From assembly GCF_049075655.1 (NCBI RefSeq), contig NZ_CP157522.1, forward strand, positions 864,001 through 928,000: 64,000 nt of DNA. The letters are read 5' to 3'. The stretch is from Methanothermococcus sp. Ax23. GTDB lineage: Archaea > AGJL01 > Methanococci > Methanococcales > Methanococcaceae. The translations under genes were made by a program, and so were the position numbers. This document shows positions 9,376 through 19,791 of this stretch, one piece after another. The number at the start of each line of letters is the position of its first letter. Position 1 is the stretch's first letter. Below the pieces are notes generated by a model. That model was not told the origin of the DNA, did no database searches, and was given only the letters and a program-made list of their open reading frames with translations.

Positions 9376-10038
9376 ATGAAAATAAAAATACTTGAATTCT
9401 TAAAGAACAAAAAAGGTGCCATGGGAATTGGAACTTTAATAGTATTCATTGCTATGGTATTAGTTGCAGCAGTTGCAGCAAGCGTATTAATTAACACAAG
9501 TGGATTCTTACAACAAAAAGCGTCAGCCACAGGTAAGCAAAGCACAGAACAAGTAGCTAGTGGTATACAGGTATTACAAGTTATGGGTATGCATAACACA
9601 TCCAACATAAATAAAACTGTAATATATATTTCACCAAACGCTGGAAGTGCTCCAATTGATTTGAGTCAGGCTGTTGTTATGGTAAGTGATGGTTCTACAA
9701 AATTGGTTGCAAAATACAACATATCAAATGCAAATACCACAGATACTCAAATCAAAGATGGAGGTTCAGTATTTGATAGTGGAGTATGGGGTAATATCTC
9801 ATCAACAGAATTTGGTATTATAGTAGTTCAAGATGCAGATGGTTCATGCACTGCTAAAACACCAGTTATCAACAAGGGAGATATTGTAGCAATAGCATTA
9901 AATACCACAGGATTAAAAATGGGTCCAAGGTCAGATATAACAGGTACAATACAGCCAGAGTTCGGAGCTCCTGGTGTGATATCATTCACAACCCCTGCAA
10001 CATACATAAATGGTTCAAGAGTAATACAGCTTCAATAA
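9376..10038 (+). CDS. flaB2: Archaellin
   Basis: Same class III signal and conserved N-terminal helix; 5' ~180 bp nearly identical to flaB1. Confidence 0.95.
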   Translation: MKIKILEFLKNKKGAMGIGTLIVFIAMVLVAAVAASVLINTSGFLQQKASATGKQSTEQVASGIQVLQVMGMHNTSNINKTVIYISPNAGSAPIDLSQAVVMVSDGSTKLVAKYNISNANTTDTQIKDGGSVFDSGVWGNISSTEFGIIVVQDADGSCTAKTPVINKGDIVAIALNTTGLKMGPRSDITGTIQPEFGAPGVISFTTPATYINGSRVIQLQ

Positions 10039-10072
10039 ATTATTAAATTCTCTATTTTTTTGAGGTGAATTT

Positions 10073-10930
10073 ATGTTGGAATTCCTTAAAAATAAAAGGG
10101 GTGCTATTGGTATTGGGACCTTAATTATATTTATTGCCCTAGTATTAGTTGCAGCAGTTGCAGCAGCGGTAATTATAAACACAGCTGGAAAATTACAACA
10201 CAAAGCATCTACTGTTGGTCAGGAAAGCACTAAACAAGTAGCAAGTGGTATTCAGGTTATCAAAGTTGCAGGATATGCAGATGTTAATTCTACGGATTCT
10301 TTTATAGTTATAAACACAACATCCAATGAGACCATAATAAACAACTCTGCATATCGGAATACAGTGGATAGCTCCCAGTATGGGTATATAAAAGGTATGG
10401 CCATATTTGTAGGGCCAAATATTGGCGATGATATAGATTTAACATCTACAATAATTACCGTGTCAAATGAAGATAAAAAGGTATCATTGGTATACTCCGG
10501 CATTATCAAACATGCTGATACAAATGGTACTGAGGATATATTCAAGGGATTGGTTCTTGAAGGGGCTAACGATTCAGTTAATACCACTGTGGTAAATACC
10601 ACTGAAGGAGAACATGTTAATGGAAGCTATATTGTAATCAGAAATTCAAATGAAATTACCGTAGGAAAGGATGGATGGGTATTAAACAACGTGCCTAAAT
10701 TTGGAATAATCGTTTTACAGGATTCTGATAAATCTACATACGGAGCTCACCCTACGGTTAACTATGGGGATAAAGTTGTACTTACAGTAAATACTGGTGC
10801 CATATTTAATCCTGGCGTGGCTACAAGAGATGTAATATCTGGGGAGGTAATCCCAGAATATGGTGCATCAGGAATAATCGAGTTTAGAACACCATCAGTA
10901 TTTGGTGGTAAAGTAGTAGCTCTTCAATAA
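10073..10930 (+). CDS. flaB3: Archaellin, FlaB3 (hook-like) type
   Basis: KRG|[35 protein letters not shown], typical of Methanococcus FlaB3. Confidence 0.9.
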   Translation: MLEFLKNKRGAIGIGTLIIFIALVLVAAVAAAVIINTAGKLQHKASTVGQESTKQVASGIQVIKVAGYADVNSTDSFIVINTTSNETIINNSAYRNTVDSSQYGYIKGMAIFVGPNIGDDIDLTSTIITVSNEDKKVSLVYSGIIKHADTNGTEDIFKGLVLEGANDSVNTTVVNTTEGEHVNGSYIVIRNSNEITVGKDGWVLNNVPKFGIIVLQDSDKSTYGAHPTVNYGDKVVLTVNTGAIFNPGVATRDVISGEVIPEYGASGIIEFRTPSVFGGKVVALQ

Positions 10931-10941
10931 TGGGTGAAAAA

Positions 10942-11498
10942 ATGCCAAACATATCTGAAATAATTGACGAAATAAAAAAAAAATAGCATTTGGTAAAAAT
11001 AAAGGAGGAGGTAGTGAAGCGGAAGGTCTTGATGATGAATTCATGCTTGATGAAGATGACATGCCTGAATCAGGGGATGAATTAGCTGCTGCAAATGAGG
11101 AACTTCTTGCTAAAATTGGAGAGCTTGAATCAAGATTTCCAAAAATAGAAATGATGATTACAAATCTAAGGAAGGAAAATGAAACTCTAAGAGATAATAT
11201 CAATAAAATAAATGAGAACTTTCAAGACATAATGGCACTCTACGAAGTGGTCTCAAATCAAGTAAATCCATTTATAGGGATTTCAAAAATTACTGCAACC
11301 AGCATGGAAAAAATGGAAAGATTAGAATATGAAGCAAACGCCCTTAGAAAAAAAGTTGATGAGTTACAAAGGGATGTCGTAATTCTTGCGGACATATATC
11401 TAAAACAGCACGATATCGATTTAGATGGTGTCATCAATGATATACTTGCAGAAGAAGAAATCTCCAAAGTAATATCAGGAGAGGATTCAAATGGTTAG
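10942..11498 (+). pseudogene. flaC: Archaellum accessory protein FlaC/ArlC, frameshifted at A10 tract 10974-10983 (or homopolymer sequencing error)
   Basis: GGTGA RBS + ATG 10942 gives MPNISEIIDEIKKK* (TAG 10984); one extra A joins it to IAFGKNKGGGSEAEG... continuous with ORF 11043-11498 (LYEVVSNQVNPF FlaC motif). Confidence 0.85.
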
Positions 11499-12492
11499 TG
11501 AAACAGAATTGTATTCTTCCACAATGGAAGATTATTTAACTGAGGATGAATTGGAGGAATATCTAGAGAATTTAAAAACTAAAATTCCTTCATTTATTGT
11601 TGAGCTGTTAAAAAATAATTTGAAAAACAGAAAATTAACAAAAAACCAATTAGATAGGATAGTGAATAGGGTCACTGACCTTTATTTGGGTAAAAAACCA
11701 GAGGATAAAAAAGCAGAAGAATTAACCGCTAAAATCAATGATTTGAGTAATAAATTGGATGCACTGATGAAAGTTGCGGCAATATCTTCCGCAACAAAGG
11801 TATCTGAGGATATTAAAAGAGAATTATCTAGTTTAGAAGAAGATGAAAAGGTGGAGTCGGATAAACCGGAAGGTTTAGTAGAAATCAATGAAAATGCAGA
11901 CAATGCAGACATAATGGAAGAAGAAAAGGAAGAAAGCGAAGTAATTACAGAAGAGTTGGATGTGGAAGAACACAAACCTGAAGAATTGAAAACCCTGGAG
12001 AAGAAAATCGAGAAAAAAGAGGAAGAACCTATTGTGGATGAAATAGAAACTGAAAATTCAAAAAATGTTCCGATTATTGAAGAGGAGGTCATTGATATGC
12101 CAACCGATTTAACAGGAGTGCATGATAAAAAGTATAATCTTGAAGAATTACCTGAGGATACCCTATCCACTATGTTAGTCTTTAAATGGCTTGAATTTTT
12201 AATAAGTAGAGTTGGATTGAGTAATTTAATTGATATTTTAGATTATTATTATAATTTGGGGTGGATATCTGAAAAGGTAGTTAATAGATTGATAAAAATA
12301 TCAAAAAATATGAAATATCTCAATGAAGAATTCAGGAAGCCCATGGATAAGATGATATCAGAGGACCATATAGTTTCCTTACTTTATATTGAAAAATTAG
12401 CAGGTAGGCCAATACCTGTGGATGAATTAGAAAGTATGGATAGGGAAATAAACAGAATAAGGAAATGGGCAGAAGAATTGCAAAGTATATAA
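11491..12492 (+). CDS. flaD: Archaellum accessory protein FlaD/ArlD
   Basis: C-terminal FKWLEFL..ILDYYYNLGWIS..DHIVSLLYIE domain; operon position. Confidence 0.9.
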   Translation: MVSETELYSSTMEDYLTEDELEEYLENLKTKIPSFIVELLKNNLKNRKLTKNQLDRIVNRVTDLYLGKKPEDKKAEELTAKINDLSNKLDALMKVAAISSATKVSEDIKRELSSLEEDEKVESDKPEGLVEINENADNADIMEEEKEESEVITEELDVEEHKPEELKTLEKKIEKKEEEPIVDEIETENSKNVPIIEEEVIDMPTDLTGVHDKKYNLEELPEDTLSTMLVFKWLEFLISRVGLSNLIDILDYYYNLGWISEKVVNRLIKISKNMKYLNEEFRKPMDKMISEDHIVSLLYIEKLAGRPIPVDELESMDREINRIRKWAEELQSI

Positions 12493-12522
12493 ATTATTAA
12501 GACATTGCAAGGAGGGATTATT

Positions 12523-12927
12523 ATGGATACATCAACATTATCTTCAATACTGTTTGAAGCACATAAACCAGCCAAATTGGAAAAAATTCCAGAAGATCCA
12601 ATGTCAATAATATTCACTTTCAAATGGTTGGAATATTTGTCAGAAAGAGTAGGTTATTCAAATATTGCTAATACATTGGAATTCTATTATAATTTAGGCT
12701 GGTTATCTGATAAGGCAGTATTGGATTTATTAAAATACCTGAAAGGAATCAAACCAGGAGCAGAAATAGACGAACCTTCTGGCAATCTTACAATTGCTGA
12801 CCACCTGGTTTCATTATTATTTATAGAAAGATTAAATGGTAAAAAAATTTCCAGTGAAGTGCTTGATAGGATAGAATGGGAAATAAGGAGAATAAAAAAG
12901 GGGGTTGAACAATACTATGGGGTTTAG
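12523..12927 (+). CDS. flaE: Archaellum accessory protein FlaE/ArlE
   Basis: FKWLEYL..LEFYYNLGWLS..DHLVSLLFIE; GGAGG RBS before ATG 12523. Confidence 0.9.
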   Translation: MDTSTLSSILFEAHKPAKLEKIPEDPMSIIFTFKWLEYLSERVGYSNIANTLEFYYNLGWLSDKAVLDLLKYLKGIKPGAEIDEPSGNLTIADHLVSLLFIERLNGKKISSEVLDRIEWEIRRIKKGVEQYYGV

Positions 12928-13324
12928 TTCAACTGCTGGTTTGATAATTATATTATCAACAGTATTGGTTTGTTCTATATACATATATAGTTCAGTGGAT
13001 TTAAATACTGTTAAGATAAATAACGCATATTCTGAGTATATAAATCATTTAAACAATAAAGCAAATGAAAAATTGACAATAGTATCTGCTGTAAATTCAA
13101 GCGATACCATAAATATAACACTTTTAAATAATGGCTCATTGACTCATGAACCCCATAAATGGACAGTAATGTATAATGGCACACCAAAAAACTTTGAAGT
13201 TAATCCGGATGTGACGTATTTAACTCCACTGAATAATATCACAATTATTATAAATGCCACTGCTCCAGCAAGAATATGTGTGGTTTCGGAGTATGGGAAT
13301 AAGTATTATTGTAATTTAAATTAG
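12917..13324 (+). CDS. flaF: Archaellum accessory protein FlaF/ArlF
   Basis: MGFSS N-terminus, single TM, NNGS, VVSEYGNKY; operon position. Confidence 0.85.
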   Translation: MGFSSTAGLIIILSTVLVCSIYIYSSVDLNTVKINNAYSEYINHLNNKANEKLTIVSAVNSSDTINITLLNNGSLTHEPHKWTVMYNGTPKNFEVNPDVTYLTPLNNITIIINATAPARICVVSEYGNKYYCNLN

Positions 13325-13406
13325 GTTACTACAAAATTATAAATTATAATAAGAATACTTTTAACCTTTTTATGTTTGTTATTGTTGATTATTATTAGGT
13401 GATTTA

Positions 13407-13859
13407 ATGGCATCCAATGTGTTCTCAGAAATAATTATATTCGTCAGCGTTTTAATAATTGCTGCTGCTGTTTCTGGGATTCTAGCAACCACTACTCATA
13501 AACTATCTCTTGGGATGAATAATAAGGGAGATATACTTTCGTCAAAACTATCTCAGGATTTCGAAATAATTAATGACCCTGGAGATGTCCCAAGGAATCA
13601 GTCAACAGGCATTATTTCCATATATATAAAAAATACTGGAAAAACGCCAATAACATTCAATAAGGGAGTTTTAACAGTTCTCATTGATGGAGAAGTTAAA
13701 TCTATAAATTCCACGGCGATAGTGGATAGTACATCAGAGGTATTAAATCCATCAATGGTTGGTAAAATTGATGTTAATTATAACACAACAGGATACCATA
13801 GAATAAAAGTGGTTTCTGAAAATGGAGTAGCTAGGACATTGAAGGTAGAGATTCAATGA
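13407..13859 (+). CDS. flaG: Archaellum accessory protein FlaG/ArlG
   Basis: MASNVFSEIIIFV..., DFEIINDP, YIKNTG. Confidence 0.9.
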   Translation: MASNVFSEIIIFVSVLIIAAAVSGILATTTHKLSLGMNNKGDILSSKLSQDFEIINDPGDVPRNQSTGIISIYIKNTGKTPITFNKGVLTVLIDGEVKSINSTAIVDSTSEVLNPSMVGKIDVNYNTTGYHRIKVVSENGVARTLKVEIQ

Positions 13860-13880
13860 CGGCATATATCTGGTGATTTT

Positions 13881-14573
13881 ATGAAGCTTGCAAGAATCGA
13901 ACTTAGTAGGGATGATATTCATAAAAGGTTGGGTGGGGGCATCCCATACGGGAGTATAATCCTTATTGAGGGGGAAGAATCTACTGGAAAATCAATAATT
14001 GCTCAAAGATTAGCTTATGGTTTTTTACAAAACGCTCACTCTGTTACGTATATTTCAACACAATTAACAACATTGGAGTTTGTAAAGCAAATGATGTCAT
14101 TAAATTACAATATAAATAAAAAACTTTTGAGCGGAGTTTTACTGTACATTCCAGTATATCCATTAATATCTGATAATCTTCAAAAGGAAGATTTTATAAA
14201 AAAACTTATGGAAACAAGGACATTTTATGAAAAAGATGTTGTAATATATGACACCATATCATCCCTTATAGTAAATGATGCAAGCGATATTAAGGTGAAT
14301 GATTTAATAGCTTTTTTTAAAAGAATAGCAGCTATGAATAAGATTGTAATTTACACCATAAATCCAAAAGAACTACCTGAATCTGTTTTAACATTATTTA
14401 GAACAGCTGCTACAATGGTATTCAAAACTGAAATTTACACATTTGGAGGGAGTGTTAAAAACCTTGTAAGAGTTGAAAAATACAATTTAGCAAGGGGCCC
14501 ATATCAAAAAACCATGGTATTCAGAGTGGAACCTAATTTAGGTATTGCAGTAGAGATATCATCCGTAGCATAA
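13881..14573 (+). CDS. flaH: Archaellum KaiC-like ATPase FlaH/ArlH
   Basis: LGGGIP, Walker A GEESTGKS, FRVEP..G. Confidence 0.95.
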   Translation: MKLARIELSRDDIHKRLGGGIPYGSIILIEGEESTGKSIIAQRLAYGFLQNAHSVTYISTQLTTLEFVKQMMSLNYNINKKLLSGVLLYIPVYPLISDNLQKEDFIKKLMETRTFYEKDVVIYDTISSLIVNDASDIKVNDLIAFFKRIAAMNKIVIYTINPKELPESVLTLFRTAATMVFKTEIYTFGGSVKNLVRVEKYNLARGPYQKTMVFRVEPNLGIAVEISSVA

Positions 14574-14636
14574 AACGTATGATTGTATGGCTATATAACA
14601 ACAGTAATTTAGTATTATAAATATAAGGTGATAGAA

Positions 14637-16271
14637 ATGGCAGATGAGTTTAAAACCAGTATGGAAAGAAATCCTCATTTGCGTAAGTATGTGGATAACT
14701 TCAAAAAAACCTATTTAAAAATGCCTGAGTTCATGGTGAGCTTATCGAGGGATTTAAAAGAACTTAAATATCCAAATATTCTTTATCCGATTGGTGATCC
14801 ATTATTTATTCATATATTTGGAACCCATGATGTTAAGACAAAGTATATAGTTATAGAGCCGAGGTTGGAAACCCTAGATGAAAAATTAACTTATAAAATG
14901 ATAATGGATAAACTTTTAGAATATGCTCCTTATGCGGATTCTCCTGAAAGTGATGAAGAATTTGGAAAAATACTAACCGACTTATTTAACAAAACAACCA
15001 AGGTCGTCGAGAGTAAAAAAAAGGGCAAAAAATTCTTTAATTTTCTAAATGCTGGAAAAATTGAAATTACAAAACCTGAAAGGGATAAATACTTATATTT
15101 ATTAAAAAGAGATTTGATAGGATTGGGCGTGCTTGAACCTATTAAACGAGACCCTTATATCGAGGATATACACGTAATAGGCTCAAATGGCTGTCAGCTT
15201 GTTCATAAGATATTCGACATGCTCCCTACAAATATTAGGTGGGAAAATGACATCGAACTTTCAAACTATTTAAAAAATATGTGTGAAAGGATAGGACGAC
15301 CAGTTTCTGATGCAAACCCTGTTGTTGATGGTTCCCTTCCAGACGGTTCGAGGATAAATATTATTTATTCAACAGACGTTTCATTGAAAGGTCCTTCATT
15401 CACTATTAGGAAATTTACAGACGTTCCAATAAGTATTACTCAAATTATCAGCTGGGGGACAATGTCTGCTCAAACTGCGGCATATTTATGGCTTTGCTTG
15501 GAATATGGTATGAGTATCTTTATTTGTGGGGAGACTGCATCAGGTAAAACCACAACATTAAATGCCATATTACCATTTATTAAACCAAAATCGAAGGTAT
15601 TTTCTTGTGAGGATACTGCCGAGGTTAAACCACCTCAGCCAGTATGGCAACAGCTGCTGACAAGAGAAAGAGGGCCTGAAGAAAGTAGAGTTACACTGTT
15701 CGATTTATTGAGGGCTGCACTGAGGTCTAGACCTAACTATATTATTGTTGGGGAGATAAGGAGTGTTGAAGGTGCAGTGGCATTCCAAGCAATGCAGACA
15801 GGACACCCGGTATTATCAACATTCCACGCTGCAAATGTTAGGAAAATGATTCAAAGATTGAATGGGGACCCAATTAATATTCCACTAACATTCATGGACA
15901 ACCTCCATGTGGCATTATTTCAGCTCGCAGTATACAGTAGAGGTAAGTTTTTAAGAAGAGTCGTAAGTATTGAAGAAATTGAAGGTTATTATAAAGAAGT
16001 AGATGGAGTAATAACAAGAGGGGTATTTGAATGGGACCCTCAAAATGATAAACACAACTTTACAGGACTTAACAACAGTTATATTCTTGAAGATAAAATT
16101 GCAAAGGTAGCTGGCTACGATGACCCAAGGGAGATATATGATGAATTAAATTTACGGACCAGAATACTTGAAGAAATGATAGCAAGAGGCATGTTTGGAT
16201 ATTATGAGGTTTTAGATGTAATATGGAATTTTTATGAAAAAGGATTGGAGGGGCTCCCATTCCCTATCTGA
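14637..16271 (+). CDS. flaI: Archaellum motor ATPase FlaI/ArlI
   Basis: GETASGKTT, RSRPNYIIVGEIR, MQTGH..STFHA. Confidence 0.95.
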   Translation: MADEFKTSMERNPHLRKYVDNFKKTYLKMPEFMVSLSRDLKELKYPNILYPIGDPLFIHIFGTHDVKTKYIVIEPRLETLDEKLTYKMIMDKLLEYAPYADSPESDEEFGKILTDLFNKTTKVVESKKKGKKFFNFLNAGKIEITKPERDKYLYLLKRDLIGLGVLEPIKRDPYIEDIHVIGSNGCQLVHKIFDMLPTNIRWENDIELSNYLKNMCERIGRPVSDANPVVDGSLPDGSRINIIYSTDVSLKGPSFTIRKFTDVPISITQIISWGTMSAQTAAYLWLCLEYGMSIFICGETASGKTTTLNAILPFIKPKSKVFSCEDTAEVKPPQPVWQQLLTRERGPEESRVTLFDLLRAALRSRPNYIIVGEIRSVEGAVAFQAMQTGHPVLSTFHAANVRKMIQRLNGDPINIPLTFMDNLHVALFQLAVYSRGKFLRRVVSIEEIEGYYKEVDGVITRGVFEWDPQNDKHNFTGLNNSYILEDKIAKVAGYDDPREIYDELNLRTRILEEMIARGMFGYYEVLDVIWNFYEKGLEGLPFPI

Positions 16272-16289
16272 GGTAATTGAGGTGATTTT

Positions 16290-17969
16290 ATGTTCCTAGA
16301 TATTCTATCCCGTGTGGGATTAAAGCCTAGAGATTATTTATTAAAATATGTCCTGCCTTCAATTATTCTCTCCATCATTTTAGTAGCCGTGGGAATAACT
16401 TATTTTTCAGGATACATACGATTGTTAGTATTGCTTATTCCAGTATTAATTTTGGGCAGTGCCATAGGTTATCCCTATATAGAATTAGATAACCAAAAAA
16501 ACCAGATAAACGAAAAACTCCACATATTTATAACAAAATTCGGTGTCTTATCAATAACTGATTTAGACAGAAAGGAGCTCATGAAAATTCTTGCTAATGA
16601 AAAGGAAGAGCTCGGACAATTAGCCAATGAATCGAAAAAAATATATGTATTAATAAAAAGATGGAATCAATCACTTGCTGAAGCTTGCAGATTCTTAGCA
16701 CATAGAACTCCAAGTAGTGAGTTTTCAGATTTTTTAGATAGGATGGCATATTCAATAGATAGTGGTGAAGAGCTCAAAGATTTCTTAGCAAAGGAGCAGT
16801 CCATAGTTATGAATGATTATGCTGCATTTTATAAGAGGTCATTATATTCATTGGACATGTTTAAAGAAATGTATATTAGTGCAATTACATCTCTTGCATT
16901 TTTTGTAACTTTTGCAGTTATCGCTCCGTTCATAGCACCTTATAATTTTGTGACTACGGTCACTATGGCATTGTTGGGATTTATTATAGCAGAGGTATGT
17001 TTGGTGTATATTATTAAAAGTAAAATGCCCGCAGATAGATTATGGCATACTGGTGAGAAGCCAACTCCTGTGGATTTAAAACTTAGGAAGTATTTGATAA
17101 TCTCAATAATTTTAACCATAATAACTCTGGGCGTTCTTATTTGGGGGAAATATTTTGCAGGAATTCCAAAAATAGCTGCAATTCCATATCAGATAATATT
17201 TGCTGCTGGATTTACACCACTTCTAATCGGCGGATATATCGCTAAAAGAGAGGAGAGTTTGGTTATAAGAAAAGAATATAACTTTCCAGATTTTTTAAGG
17301 TCACTGGGTGATTCAGTCAGTGCAAAAGGCGGAGGTATGGAGGATTCTTTAAAGTATTTGTCATCACATGATTTTGGTCCATTGACAAAGGATTTAGAAC
17401 GACTTTATAAAAGGATATCTATAAGAATCGATAACAATAAAGCATGGAGACTTTTTGGTTTTGAAACATGTAGTTATTTGATACAGTTGTTTTCCGAAAT
17501 GTTTGAAAGATGTACATTTTTGGGGGGAGACCCTGGAAAAGCTTCTGAAATCATAGGAAATAATTTTCGTAAAATAATTAATTTAAGAAAATCAAAATAT
17601 CAAAGTGTTGAACAATTTACTGCTATAATGTATGGATTGGGAGGAGGTCTTGCTCTTGCATTATATACCTCTTATGGAGTAGCACATATGGTAAATAGCT
17701 TATATACTTCTCTTGAAATCCCTGAGGCGATGATTAGCGTTATAAATATTATGGCACCCGGTGATTTATCGATAATATCCTATCTAATGTATGCTTGTCT
17801 GGCAATATATGCTTTAATTTCAGGATATATGATAAAAATAATGGATGGCGGACACCCACAAGTTATGTTGATGCATTTTACAATAATACTCTGGATAGTT
17901 TCTATTGTGTCATATGTCACTGAGCTCATAATAAATAAAGTATTGGGTGTAGGTATCCCATTGTTCTAA
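16290..17969 (+). CDS. flaJ: Archaellum membrane platform protein FlaJ/ArlJ
   Basis: Multi-TM T2SS-F-like protein following flaI. Confidence 0.92.
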   Translation: MFLDILSRVGLKPRDYLLKYVLPSIILSIILVAVGITYFSGYIRLLVLLIPVLILGSAIGYPYIELDNQKNQINEKLHIFITKFGVLSITDLDRKELMKILANEKEELGQLANESKKIYVLIKRWNQSLAEACRFLAHRTPSSEFSDFLDRMAYSIDSGEELKDFLAKEQSIVMNDYAAFYKRSLYSLDMFKEMYISAITSLAFFVTFAVIAPFIAPYNFVTTVTMALLGFIIAEVCLVYIIKSKMPADRLWHTGEKPTPVDLKLRKYLIISIILTIITLGVLIWGKYFAGIPKIAAIPYQIIFAAGFTPLLIGGYIAKREESLVIRKEYNFPDFLRSLGDSVSAKGGGMEDSLKYLSSHDFGPLTKDLERLYKRISIRIDNNKAWRLFGFETCSYLIQLFSEMFERCTFLGGDPGKASEIIGNNFRKIINLRKSKYQSVEQFTAIMYGLGGGLALALYTSYGVAHMVNSLYTSLEIPEAMISVINIMAPGDLSIISYLMYACLAIYALISGYMIKIMDGGHPQVMLMHFTIILWIVSIVSYVTELIINKVLGVGIPLF

Positions 17970-17995
17970 TACCTTTTTAGTTTTTTAGTTTGCGT

Positions 17996-18835
17996 TTATT
18001 TTAGAATTGAACCTATAATAAAGCACAAAAGCACCAAATTCATTATGTATTTTATATTTTTTGATGATTTTTTAGCACCCTCTTTTGAAGGAGCTCCCAA
18101 CAATTTAACAATCGAGTATATAAACAGTATATCGCATAAAATTATTCCAAATAAATAAACATCCCCAAAGATTCCCATAATGTATGGCAATGGGCTCAAT
18201 ACAACAGCCGTAATTAAAAAAATACCTGCAACATATAGGGATTTTTTGCCGTATTTTATAGGGAGGGACATCACTCCTTCTTTTAAGTCTCCTTCAATAT
18301 CTTCAAAATCTTTTATTATTTCTCTGCTCCATGTTGCAAACATTGCACATAGGAATAAAATTAATGTAATTCCAATATTATTAACTGAGGCACCACCAAA
18401 TACAAATACTGAGCCAGTGAGGTATGCAACTATTAAATTCCCAATTATTTTGTTTCTTTTGTATTTTTTAGCATACAGATACAATGCAAGTGCGTTAATA
18501 ATTGCTATAACAAAACATACTTTATTGAACATTGAAAGCAATAAGCCGATAGCCACCAACAACCATGAAAATATTTTTGCATTTTTTAAGGATATTTTAT
18601 TTGATGGAAGTGGTCTAAATGGTTTGTTTATTCTATCGATTTCAATATCGTATATATCATTAAGTGCATTTCCAAATCCGCAGATTAAAAACACAACCAA
18701 CGATGCAGTTAAAATATAATGAATCAAATCAAAGTTAAAACCCGAAGCTATTAAACCACCAGCAACAGTTCCAAAAGATGCGGTTAAACAATTTTTTGCC
18801 CTTACTAATTCCATATAATATTTTAAATTTTTCAT
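17996..18835 (-). CDS. UbiA-family digeranylgeranylglyceryl phosphate synthase
   Basis: NDIYDIEIDRINKPFRPLPS and REIIKDFEDIEGD Asp-rich motifs. Confidence 0.88.
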   Translation of the reverse strand: MKNLKYYMELVRAKNCLTASFGTVAGGLIASGFNFDLIHYILTASLVVFLICGFGNALNDIYDIEIDRINKPFRPLPSNKISLKNAKIFSWLLVAIGLLLSMFNKVCFVIAIINALALYLYAKKYKRNKIIGNLIVAYLTGSVFVFGGASVNNIGITLILFLCAMFATWSREIIKDFEDIEGDLKEGVMSLPIKYGKKSLYVAGIFLITAVVLSPLPYIMGIFGDVYLFGIILCDILFIYSIVKLLGAPSKEGAKKSSKNIKYIMNLVLLCFIIGSILK

Positions 18836-18928
18836 ACTACCACAAGTTTATTTAAATAGTTTTGTTTTATTACTAATCATACTAAACTACATAACATTAT
18901 CTTGTTTTATAAATTTTTATGTGATATT

Positions 18929-19759
18929 ATGTTAAACTTTGGAACAGCTGGAATACCAATAAATGTAAAACCAAGAACTACAAAAGGAGCCTTTGATTTT
19001 TTAAAAAAGATAGCCTTAAATGCTATGGAAATAGAATTTGTAAGAGGAGTTAATATAAAAGAGGAAAAAGCAGAGGAGTTAAAAAATTATTCAAATGATA
19101 TAATATTAAGTGTTCACGCCCCATACTATATAAACCTAAATGCAAAGGAGCAGGAAAAGATTGAAAACAGCATTAATAGAATAGTAAATTCGGCAAAGAT
19201 AATAAGCATCTTTGGAAAAAACTCTCAAAAAAATAAAAATGTGGTTTTTCATCCAGGATATTATCTTAAAATGGATAAAAATGAGGTATATAAGACTATG
19301 CTTAAAAACATTGGTAGAATGGTAGAATACTTAAATGAAAATAAAATAAATGCAATGTTGAGACCAGAGACCACTGGAAAGATAAGTCAGTTTGGGAGTA
19401 TTGAGGAGCTCCTATCATTATCAGAAGAACTAAGTATATTGCCGTGTATTGACTTTGCACACATATATGCAAGAAGTTTGGGAAGAATAAACGACTATAA
19501 TTCATTTTATAAGATAATGGAAAATATGGAGAATAAATTGGGAAAAAGAGCAATAAACGACATGCACATCCATATATCTGGAATTGAATTTGGAAAAGGA
19601 GGGGAAAAGAACCATCTGCCATTGGATGCTTCTAATTTTAATTATAAGGAGGTTTTAAAAGTATTGAAGGATTTCAATGCAAAGGGAACTGTTATATGTG
19701 AAAGTCCAAGGATGGAGTATGATGCACTGATTTTAAAGAGAATGTATGGTGAGCTCTAA
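18929..19759 (+). CDS. nfo: Endonuclease IV (AP endonuclease)
   Basis: SVHAPYYINL, VFHPG, PETTG, CIDFAH, HIHISG. Confidence 0.85.
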   Translation: MLNFGTAGIPINVKPRTTKGAFDFLKKIALNAMEIEFVRGVNIKEEKAEELKNYSNDIILSVHAPYYINLNAKEQEKIENSINRIVNSAKIISIFGKNSQKNKNVVFHPGYYLKMDKNEVYKTMLKNIGRMVEYLNENKINAMLRPETTGKISQFGSIEELLSLSEELSILPCIDFAHIYARSLGRINDYNSFYKIMENMENKLGKRAINDMHIHISGIEFGKGGEKNHLPLDASNFNYKEVLKVLKDFNAKGTVICESPRMEYDALILKRMYGEL

Positions 19760-19791
19760 CTTCACCTGTCAAAAAGTATAAAAATTTTAAT

